DNA of 64,000 nt from an uncultured euryarchaeote (lineage in GTDB: Archaea > Thermoplasmatota > Poseidoniia > Poseidoniales > Poseidoniaceae): positions 78,981-142,980 of the forward strand of contig CALBRH010000044.1 in assembly GCA_937899865.1 (NCBI GenBank). Reading direction: 5' to 3'. The notes below the pieces were generated by a model. That model did no database searches. It was not told the DNA's origin and worked only from the letters and a program-made list of their open reading frames with translations. Below are positions 10,229 to 18,964 of the stretch, piece by piece; the first letter of the stretch is position 1, and each line of letters begins with the position of its first letter. Position numbers and translations under genes: made by a program.

Positions 10229-11443
10229 ATGGGTAGTTTAGATACTGTTGAGTTGTTACCTGAACCAGACGATAGCCGAATACTATCAGCAATCGATCCA
10301 TCTGCAGTTGGTTTTCAAGATGATTGGAGGGCTGAAGTAACAGGCTGGGCCCCAGCAATACCTACGCCAATAAAGCGCGTACGTGGGAGTAAATTTTTGA
10401 TTACTAATGGTGTTCTATTCGCTATTTTTGCAGTTATATTACTATGGGTTTGGCAATCAGGTTTCCTAGTTATTGATTTACCACCGGCTAAATCCGAATG
10501 GGCTGCAGAACAGGCTGGATTCTCAGATTCCACCTTGGATGGACTAACTGGCGAAGGAGTTAGAGTTTGTATAGTGGATACGGGAATAGATCTATCTAAC
10601 CCTGCTTTTGATGGTGTTGAGATTGTTTTCAAGGATATGATTGGCGATTCATCAACACCAGTAGACTATGGATTTTTAGCACATGGTACACTTATGAGTG
10701 GTTTACTAATTTCTCAATCGCATCAAATTGGTATGTCACCTAATATCAAATTGGGTGTAGTCGCGGCTTTAGGTGATGATGGTACTGGAAAGAATACTGC
10801 TGATGAAAATGAAGTGGCACAAGCGATTAATTGGTGTATAGACAATTTTTCTGCAGATATTATTTCTCTATCTTTAGGTGGCACTCAATCTGATGGAATG
10901 ATGCGAGAAGGACCATCAGTATCGGTGACTAGGAAAGCAGTTGATATGGGGATTTATGTTATAGCTGCAGCGGGTAATGATGGGGGTTCAGAAGATGATG
11001 GTAGAGTTTCAGTACCAAGTAATGTAGCGAGAGCAATTTCAGTAGGTGCTTCAATTAGAGGTGGTGAAGTTTGGGAAAATAGTTCAATGGGATCCCAGAT
11101 TATGCCAAATGGTGAAGCAAGAAGCAATCCAAATTTAAAACCGGAAATCATTGCTCCTGGGCAATCAATTATCAGTACAGGTAGAGGAAACACTTGGTAT
11201 TCAAGTAGTGGAACTTCAGATGCAACGGTATTTGTCACTGCTGCGTTGGCATTAATCTTAGAAGACCAACCTAATCTTAAACCTAATAGTGAATCAGATG
11301 GCTCATGTATTGATGCAGTTAAGGAAGCCTTGAGATTAAGCACTGAATCAAATGGACAAACCCATGACAATAAATCAGGCTATGGTGAATTAAATGCTGC
11401 TAATTGGTTAACTGAGGTGAGAAACTTACCAATTTGCCAATAA
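10229..11443 (+). CDS. Membrane-anchored subtilisin-like S8 serine peptidase
   Basis: Triad motifs VDTG, HGT and GTS, oxyanion AAGN; one TM segment near the N-terminus; start moved to ATG 10229 after a GGTGGAG SD-like sequence. Confidence 0.9.
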   Translation: MGSLDTVELLPEPDDSRILSAIDPSAVGFQDDWRAEVTGWAPAIPTPIKRVRGSKFLITNGVLFAIFAVILLWVWQSGFLVIDLPPAKSEWAAEQAGFSDSTLDGLTGEGVRVCIVDTGIDLSNPAFDGVEIVFKDMIGDSSTPVDYGFLAHGTLMSGLLISQSHQIGMSPNIKLGVVAALGDDGTGKNTADENEVAQAINWCIDNFSADIISLSLGGTQSDGMMREGPSVSVTRKAVDMGIYVIAAAGNDGGSEDDGRVSVPSNVARAISVGASIRGGEVWENSSMGSQIMPNGEARSNPNLKPEIIAPGQSIISTGRGNTWYSSSGTSDATVFVTAALALILEDQPNLKPNSESDGSCIDAVKEALRLSTESNGQTHDNKSGYGELNAANWLTEVRNLPICQ

Positions 11444-11572
11444 AAAGCAATATTGGTCTGAAAATTTTATTCCATTTGTGATACAAATAGCCTGATTTGA
11501 TATTCTTAAAAAAATCAGTGTTAGCGCAGTATTATATTGTTCGATTGAATAGGCCAATATAGAGGAGTAACT

Positions 11573-14500
11573 ATGTCTTCAAATCTTAAGAAAAAAAGTG
11601 TTTCAATGATAGCCTTGATGTTTGCATCGGTCATGCTATCGATGATTTCAGTACCATCAGTTTCTGCTGCAGGAATAAATCAAACTACAGCAGGATTGCT
11701 TAACGGTCAAGAAACTTGGACTGGCACTCACACTTTGACTGATAATGTTACGGTTGCACCTGGTGCAACATTGGTTGTTAATGCTGGGTCAACAATTAAC
11801 ATACCGTTTGGTAAATTCATCGATGTTAGGGGTGCTATTTGTGTGGCTGCTAGGGTTTGTGGCGCACCAGCGGATGGCTCAGTCGGAAATGAGGTAACAT
11901 TCTCATGGAGCATTCCATCAGAAGCAGAATATCTTGTTCGAGGTTCATGTTTGGGAAGTGTTGACGCAGCATGTGGTTCTGGAATGATAATTAGAAACAC
12001 AATCGATGAATCAAAGACTGGTTTGAATTTTGTTGAGTTTGAAAATGCCTTTGGCTATGAGTATATTTACTATGTTGGAAGTAATCCTCAAGCAAAATAT
12101 GCGGCTTTAGTTTTGGATGGACCAAGAACCAATGCTAATGGTTTAATCTTCACCAATACTAACGCATCAAACATCTTTTTGACTAATTTAGCAAACCCTA
12201 CAATAACAGACTCGACATTTTCTTTGGGAGTTGATGGATATTCACTGGGTAAGCGTGCTGCTATTGATGCATTGGGTGCAGGTGCTGGAATATCGGATCC
12301 AATGAGTATCTCAAGTTCAACATTTACTGGCGATTCTGAAGGTTCTTGTGGAAATAGTGGTACTGGTATACAAATGATATATGTCGATAATTCTTACGTA
12401 TCTTTTGATGACATTACTATTTCTGATAATGGGTTTGGTGTTTTCATGAAAGAGTCTTCAGGGAAATTAATTAATTCAGATATTTCAATAAATTGTGCTG
12501 CAGTAAATACTAATGGACATAAGCAAACAGGTTCAATAAAACATACCTTGGAAATAAATGACAATGTTCTAACAACTGCGGAAGGAGCTGGGATTACGGC
12601 TTATGATCAAGCGATTATTTCTGCATCACGGAATACAATTTCAGGTGCTGAGCAAGGTTCTGGAGTAGCCATACGTTCTTCCATAGCAGAGTTATATGAT
12701 AACAACATTGGCCCTATTGGTGGATTTAATGGGCTGTGGATTTATGGAACATCAGATGTAATTGCTATTGGCAACAATATTTCTAACACAGGAAAGGAAG
12801 CAGTAGTTCACGGTGAATATCACTACCAAGATAGTGGATGGCCTTCTATCCAACCTTCGGAATCAAGGCTATTTATGGAAAATAACATTATTGACAATAA
12901 TTCTGGAACATGTAACTCTGTCAAGATGTATGGCGGAGATTTTCAATGCCCTGCAATTCATATTTTCCGTGCTTCGGCAACTTTGTATAACAATGTTGTA
13001 AAAAATAACGTTGGTGATGCATTAAGAATAAAGGGTGGAATAGTTAATGTCCAAAACAATGACATGCAAACCAATAGTTTTGCTGTCAACATATCTCATC
13101 ATGATGATAATTATGGCAACAAATATGGCTCAATTGGTTATTTCTCCGGTAATACCTTCGTAGGTGCATTACAAGTTTACAATATAACTGAATCAATGGT
13201 AACAATACAATCAGAAAATATACCTGCACCTGGAGGCAATGAATTGTATCCAATCAATATGCAATGGCTTGGCGCCGAATGTCCAGATGTTCAAAATGAG
13301 TGTCTTAAGTTGCCTAATACTGCAAATATGCCGCCAGCTGAAATGCCTATGGCATTAGAATTAGTTAACAATTCTACTGTTTTATCATTTGCAGGTCTAC
13401 AAAATTTTGATACCTCGAAGATTCATGTTACTAATCAACAATCTGCTTGGGGCAATCAAGTTAGAGAAGGTGAATTAGTCAAGTTTAGAGTGAAGGCAGC
13501 AAATGTAGATGTTGAAGGTGCAACTGTAATTATCAAAGATGCGGTTGGAACTCCACTTTACACAATGATTACCGATGCACAAGGATACACTGATGAAGTG
13601 ACATTAGCTAGTGATTTTTATCTAGATCGAAACAATAACCATGTTGTTGGTGAAAGTAACGTACAAGTTCAGTTAGCAAATGCATCAGGTGGTCCACCTA
13701 TTGTTAGAACACTTGATGAGAATACCTGTTCAGATGGTTATGATAATGACGGTGATACATTAACAGATGATGACGATACTGATTGTTTAAATGATAGAGA
13801 AATACCTCAATATAAGGTAGAAGCCTATAAATTTGGCAAAGGTGTATTTGAGTATGATTTCGTATTAACTGGGCCAGTTGATGATATTATTTCGTTAGTA
13901 AATGTGGCTCCAAGTGTGACAGTTGAGCAACCCGAATTGACCTCATTTGCTCGTGTAGTGACATTATCGGGTACTGCTTGGGATGGAGAAGCGCCTCCAT
14001 ATGCAAGTGATATAATTGCACAACAGAAACAATTCGGTTATGTAGAAGATGTTCAAGTTCAACCTCCAGGCTCAAGTGTTTGGATTTCAGCAGTTGATAC
14101 ATCGAACTCAGGTGGTGAAATTACACAAGGCAGTTATCCATTTAGTACATGGTCTTTCCAATATGATATGTCAGATCATGCTGAAGGAGAAGGTGATGTA
14201 ACATTTAGAATACGCTCTTTTGATGGATTAGATTATTCGCCAATTACTGTGAAGAAATATAAATTAAATCTACAAGCACCTAGCATAGTTGTTAATACTC
14301 CAGCTCAAAACTCTCAACATGATACTAATTCTCCGAAAGGTTCGGTAATTTCCTTTAGTGGTACGGCAAGCGATCCTTACTTCGGAGTAAATGGAAATGA
14401 TATCAAGGAAATTTGGTTTGAAATTTTTGAGAATTCCAATCCTCAATTTGCTTCAAAATTTGCCATTACTCCAGCACCTGGTGAAACACTGTCAGCTTGG

Positions 14501-15958
14501 CAATATGATTGGAATTACAGAACTTATGCTTCTGGAAGTTATACATTTAAGATTTGGGCGGCTGATAGTGACTTCTGTAAAGATGATACAAGTGATGAAA
14601 CATGTGTTGTCGTCACATTGAATCTTCAAATTACTAATGAAAATGCTCAACCAAATATCGCTCTTGATTATCCATTTAATAATGAAGTGATTAGAGGAAG
14701 TGAATCGACTTCTATTGCAGGATATGTATGGGATAATGATGGAATTATCACTAGAGTTGACATTGATATCTATAAGAATGGTAGAGATAGTGGTTCTGCA
14801 GCAAATACAATTACAGTTACACAAAACCTAATCCAGGATGGTGGATTTAATACCTCATGGAACCAAAATACAATTTGGAAAACAAATAACTTGCCGCATA
14901 ACTCGATGTATGAGATTGTCATAAGGTCATTTGATGGAGAAACATACTCAGAAGAGGAGATAAGATTTGTTACAATTGATAACTCTGTAGATAATTCTCC
15001 ACCGTCGTTTAATCCAGATGGTTGGGCAAATACTGTTGTAGTATATTGTGATGCGAATTCAAAGAGTCTTGATAGTTGTGGCTCTGGGGCAACTTTTGAC
15101 CTCACTCAATACTTTACTGACCCAGAAGGTGGATTGCTAAGATATGACGTATACAACGATCCGAGTGTTCCTACTGACGATTTATACTATGATTATGTAT
15201 CAATCTCTTCTGAAGGAATTGCTACTTACAACCCGCCAACAATTCGCTCTGACGATATATCTCAATGGTCTTTAGTGCAATTGAAATTTATTGCAACTGA
15301 TAATAGTGATTTATGGGAAGTTTCTCGTTCAGTAAATGTGATTGTAAAATCAGTTTCTTTCGAGGTAATTCGAGAAGGAACTGGAATAATCAGTGATTCA
15401 GAACCAGCAATATTCTCCGGGCAAGGTCTGCCAGATAGTCTTGTTAAAGCCCGATTCGATTCTAAGTCAGGTCAAATGATTAATTCTACTAGAGTCCTTG
15501 CTGATGGAACATGGAGCATGGAGATTAGTGCCAGTCAATTAGGTTCAAAGGATACTCGAGAAATAGTATTCGAAATGGATGGGCAAATTTTTGCTGGTGA
15601 ACAAGGCGGTGATGCGTTATTCCAACTGTCTTCAAAGTCCGAGTCAGAGAGTGGTAATTTGCTTCTTTACATTATTATTGCAGTAGTTGTTATAGCTGCA
15701 CTAATTGCGATTGGTGCATTCTTCTTTACCTTCGAAGAATATGATGATGAAGAAGAATTAAATGAAATTAATCAGGTTCAAGAAGATCCTTATGCATGGG
15801 CTAAAGCAAAACAGGTGCCAAATATATCTCAGCAAGTTGTGCAAGAACCAGTTCAGCAACAAGTAGTTCAACAGACATCTCAACATCCAGGATGGTTATG
15901 GGATGCTCAAACTAATCAATGGGTCCCAGATCCAAATTATGTCCATAATAAGCAATGA
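11573..15958 (+). CDS. Secreted, membrane-anchored parallel beta-helix surface protein with Ig-like domains
   Basis: Signal peptide; Asn/Ile-rich beta-helix-like repeats (SRNTISG, YDNNIGP, IGNNISN, LYNNVVKN); Cys-flanked CSDGYDNDGD motif; C-terminal TM and Q-rich tail; GAGG SD. Confidence 0.75.
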   Translation: MSSNLKKKSVSMIALMFASVMLSMISVPSVSAAGINQTTAGLLNGQETWTGTHTLTDNVTVAPGATLVVNAGSTINIPFGKFIDVRGAICVAARVCGAPADGSVGNEVTFSWSIPSEAEYLVRGSCLGSVDAACGSGMIIRNTIDESKTGLNFVEFENAFGYEYIYYVGSNPQAKYAALVLDGPRTNANGLIFTNTNASNIFLTNLANPTITDSTFSLGVDGYSLGKRAAIDALGAGAGISDPMSISSSTFTGDSEGSCGNSGTGIQMIYVDNSYVSFDDITISDNGFGVFMKESSGKLINSDISINCAAVNTNGHKQTGSIKHTLEINDNVLTTAEGAGITAYDQAIISASRNTISGAEQGSGVAIRSSIAELYDNNIGPIGGFNGLWIYGTSDVIAIGNNISNTGKEAVVHGEYHYQDSGWPSIQPSESRLFMENNIIDNNSGTCNSVKMYGGDFQCPAIHIFRASATLYNNVVKNNVGDALRIKGGIVNVQNNDMQTNSFAVNISHHDDNYGNKYGSIGYFSGNTFVGALQVYNITESMVTIQSENIPAPGGNELYPINMQWLGAECPDVQNECLKLPNTANMPPAEMPMALELVNNSTVLSFAGLQNFDTSKIHVTNQQSAWGNQVREGELVKFRVKAANVDVEGATVIIKDAVGTPLYTMITDAQGYTDEVTLASDFYLDRNNNHVVGESNVQVQLANASGGPPIVRTLDENTCSDGYDNDGDTLTDDDDTDCLNDREIPQYKVEAYKFGKGVFEYDFVLTGPVDDIISLVNVAPSVTVEQPELTSFARVVTLSGTAWDGEAPPYASDIIAQQKQFGYVEDVQVQPPGSSVWISAVDTSNSGGEITQGSYPFSTWSFQYDMSDHAEGEGDVTFRIRSFDGLDYSPITVKKYKLNLQAPSIVVNTPAQNSQHDTNSPKGSVISFSGTASDPYFGVNGNDIKEIWFEIFENSNPQFASKFAITPAPGETLSAWQYDWNYRTYASGSYTFKIWAADSDFCKDDTSDETCVVVTLNLQITNENAQPNIALDYPFNNEVIRGSESTSIAGYVWDNDGIITRVDIDIYKNGRDSGSAANTITVTQNLIQDGGFNTSWNQNTIWKTNNLPHNSMYEIVIRSFDGETYSEEEIRFVTIDNSVDNSPPSFNPDGWANTVVVYCDANSKSLDSCGSGATFDLTQYFTDPEGGLLRYDVYNDPSVPTDDLYYDYVSISSEGIATYNPPTIRSDDISQWSLVQLKFIATDNSDLWEVSRSVNVIVKSVSFEVIREGTGIISDSEPAIFSGQGLPDSLVKARFDSKSGQMINSTRVLADGTWSMEISASQLGSKDTREIVFEMDGQIFAGEQGGDALFQLSSKSESESGNLLLYIIIAVVVIAALIAIGAFFFTFEEYDDEEELNEINQVQEDPYAWAKAKQVPNISQQVVQEPVQQQVVQQTSQHPGWLWDAQTNQWVPDPNYVHNKQ

Positions 15959-15970
15959 TATGGTGATTTG

Positions 15971-18493
15971 ATGGCTAATGCAAAACCTGGTGTGCAAGAG
16001 AGAATCTTGTTACATTTACTTGACTATTCTGATTACAAGAATAGTGTTGAAGTGCCATTTTCATTGTCTCAAATGGGTATTGCAAATGCCGTAGCCATTG
16101 CTCGTTCAAATGTTCCAAGGGCAATTGCTGGACTAAAAGACCAAGGTTTGTTGATTGAAAGACAGGCGCACGTCAAAGGAGTATCTAGGAAAAGGAAGGC
16201 ATACTTCTTAACAGATTCAGGAAAAAATTTAGCAGAAGAGACATGGAATGAATTACGGGCATTTCCAGTTAGATGCATACTAAGTGATGGCAAGATTGAA
16301 TCCTCAACGTTGGGTGAAATAAACACAATACTTCCTTTCACTATGCGTTCTGTAGATATTATCCGGTATATGGATGATAATTGTATACTAGATTCTAGAA
16401 GCCTATCTGCAGATTTAATCGAAAGAGATCTTTCTAAACATGTGGAAAAACAATTGGTTACTGCATTGGGTGATTTGCCTAGGTTACGTCATTTCTATGG
16501 CAGAGAAAAAGAACTTGATAATATGTTTAATTTGCTTGAAGCAAGAGCAACAACTCTTCTAGTTCCGGGGATAGCAGGAATTGGAAAAACCACAATGGCT
16601 AGTAAACTGATTGAGCGTTTCATGCATCGAAGAAATTTGCTGTATCATCGTTGCCAAGATTGGGAAGGCTCACGTTCATTTTTTGAATCAGTTGGAGAAT
16701 GGTTGGCAAATATTGGAGATTCAACATTTGCTGACTATATTGCTACAACTCCAGTACCTAAACCGGCAGAAGCTGCAAACTTGCTAATCAATGCCTTGGA
16801 AGGAACTCCATCACTGATAGTCATAGATGACTTCCATAAGGTGGCAGATGCAACATTACATCAAACATTCCAAACGATGGCATTAGGATTACTTGGAAGT
16901 GAAGAAAAAATAGGTTTAGTGCTTTTCTCTAGGTCTTTCAAACCCGTTGTACCATCAAAGGATGCAGAAGGAAGAATTGCTAGTTTAGTATTGCCTCTAG
17001 ATGGACTTGATTCGGATTCAGGTAGGAATTTGCTGAGTAGTTTTGAAAATTTAGAAGATGAACAATGGTTGTACATTCATGGAATTTCACGCGGTCATCC
17101 TCTAGTTTTAGAGCTAATAAATCGCGGTGCTTCTGCAACAGCATTTCACGAAACACTAGAAAACTACGTCACAGTTGAGATATTTTCAAAACTTAGTGCT
17201 GAACAAAAACGAGTATTATCAGCATTGTCCATTTTCCGAGAGCCGGTTTCTATCGATGCGTTGTTAGAGCAAAAGTTGGATATTGATGTTCTTGATTCAT
17301 TGGTTGAGCAAGGGTTGGCAAGGCAAGTAGACAGTGAAGTCTATGATGTGCACGATTTGATTAGGGAATTTTTACTAAGAAGTATAGATTCCAAGTTGAA
17401 AATAGAATTGCACAATAAATGTAGTTCATGGTATCAAAAATCCAATGATACTCCAGGTTTTACTATTGAAATGATTTTTCATTTAGTCAGTTCAAAAAAC
17501 ATGGTAGAGGCTGCAGAAATTATTGTTGAGAATGGAAGAAGTCTAATTTCCCAAGGTCATATGGAATTACTTGGTTTGATAAACTCATTGGAACAAGATG
17601 AATTATCAAGTGAGGTTTCAACAAAAGTCAATCACTACAAAGGTGAAATTTTAGCACTTCTTGGAAAGTTTGAAGATGCTAAGGAGGCATTTTCACATGC
17701 CCAAGAGATGGCATCTAAGGGCAAAGATGTTAGTACTCAAGCAGAATTACTTTCTGCTTTGGCAGACATTTCACTTAAGCAAGGTAACTTGGATGAATCA
17801 TTAACTATGCATCGAGATGCACTTGAAATATTCATCAAGCAAAAAGATGCTATAGGTGCTGCAAGATGCTACAATAACATGGGATATATTCTGCGTAGAA
17901 AGAATGACAAATCCAAGGCTTTGGAGTCATATGCCGAAGTTGAATCAATCATAAAAGAAAACAATGATAGTGAACTAATTAGTTCACAACTAATTCTTGC
18001 AAGATCTTTAATGGATTTAGGGGAGATTGAGCGAGCGAGGGATCATGCATTGGATGCATTTGACAAAACTGACAAATTAAATGACAAAAAATTACATGCT
18101 AGATCACAAGCAGTTTTGGGCCGATATTATGCTAAAGTTGGAGATTCTGATGTAGCATCACATCATTATTCTCAAGCATTAGAAGCAATGAATGAAGAAG
18201 GAGATATATTGGCTATGGTCGACATCACTATTCTACTCGGTGAAGTCTTGCAAGATTCAGGTAAAAATGATGAAGCAATGGAACACTTTAGAGAAGCTCT
18301 TGTCATTGCAGAAGCAAATGATTTGCGTATGCAAATCGGAGAGTTACTGATACGTTTAGGTAGTGTTGCTCCAGAAAAATCCCGGCGTATGGAATACTTG
18401 CAAAGAGCACTTTCAGTCTTTAGAGAATTAGGTGCTAAATCAAGAATGAGGGAAGTTCAAACGCGTGTACATAATGCAGTTATGGGTCGCTGA
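15971..18493 (+). CDS. wHTH - STAND-type P-loop NTPase - TPR protein (putative signal-transducing regulator)
   Basis: N-terminal winged helix (LSQMGIANAVAIARSNVPRAIAGL ... AYFLTDSG), Walker A GIAGIGKT, Walker B LIVIDD, FYGRE upstream of Walker A, GHPL motif, multiple C-terminal TPR-like repeats; GGTGA SD. Confidence 0.8.
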   Translation: MANAKPGVQERILLHLLDYSDYKNSVEVPFSLSQMGIANAVAIARSNVPRAIAGLKDQGLLIERQAHVKGVSRKRKAYFLTDSGKNLAEETWNELRAFPVRCILSDGKIESSTLGEINTILPFTMRSVDIIRYMDDNCILDSRSLSADLIERDLSKHVEKQLVTALGDLPRLRHFYGREKELDNMFNLLEARATTLLVPGIAGIGKTTMASKLIERFMHRRNLLYHRCQDWEGSRSFFESVGEWLANIGDSTFADYIATTPVPKPAEAANLLINALEGTPSLIVIDDFHKVADATLHQTFQTMALGLLGSEEKIGLVLFSRSFKPVVPSKDAEGRIASLVLPLDGLDSDSGRNLLSSFENLEDEQWLYIHGISRGHPLVLELINRGASATAFHETLENYVTVEIFSKLSAEQKRVLSALSIFREPVSIDALLEQKLDIDVLDSLVEQGLARQVDSEVYDVHDLIREFLLRSIDSKLKIELHNKCSSWYQKSNDTPGFTIEMIFHLVSSKNMVEAAEIIVENGRSLISQGHMELLGLINSLEQDELSSEVSTKVNHYKGEILALLGKFEDAKEAFSHAQEMASKGKDVSTQAELLSALADISLKQGNLDESLTMHRDALEIFIKQKDAIGAARCYNNMGYILRRKNDKSKALESYAEVESIIKENNDSELISSQLILARSLMDLGEIERARDHALDAFDKTDKLNDKKLHARSQAVLGRYYAKVGDSDVASHHYSQALEAMNEEGDILAMVDITILLGEVLQDSGKNDEAMEHFREALVIAEANDLRMQIGELLIRLGSVAPEKSRRMEYLQRALSVFRELGAKSRMREVQTRVHNAVMGR

Positions 18494-18964
18494 TTATTGA
18501 GGTCTATCAACTTCTATTGAGGTCACACCATCTTTGTGTAATACCCAAATCATTTGTGCACCTGATAACTCTATACTCCCAGTATGATTTCCTGCACCAG
18601 TGCCAGAAATAAATACCTCAGTATCTAGATTGCCTCCATCATCAATCAAAATTAATGAGTTATCTGTTAACTCGAGAGAAAATAAATTCTCATCTGCTTC
18701 AGTTGCTCGCCACCAAACCGATTCGGTGTATTCTATGTCGCCTAAACGACTTGCTTCATCAGCCCGCTCTATTGCTGCAGATATATCATCTAGATTCATC
18801 TGAATTGCCTGTTCATTCCATCTATCTCTAGTTGATGTTTCAATATCCCATGTCCAAATACTAAATACTGACAGAAGTAATACTCCAAGAAGGAATGTGA
18901 AAATGTAGCCAAGTTCACTTGCAGCACCGGATGTATCGACAACTTTTTTCGATTTATTTCTCAT
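18494..18964 (-). CDS. Small type IV pilin-like protein (class III signal peptide)
   Basis: Basic N-terminus, DTSGA/ASELG followed by a hydrophobic helix; ATGA overlap with the upstream gene. Confidence 0.6.
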   Translation of the reverse strand: MRNKSKKVVDTSGAASELGYIFTFLLGVLLLSVFSIWTWDIETSTRDRWNEQAIQMNLDDISAAIERADEASRLGDIEYTESVWWRATEADENLFSLELTDNSLILIDDGGNLDTEVFISGTGAGNHTGSIELSGAQMIWVLHKDGVTSIEVDRPQ

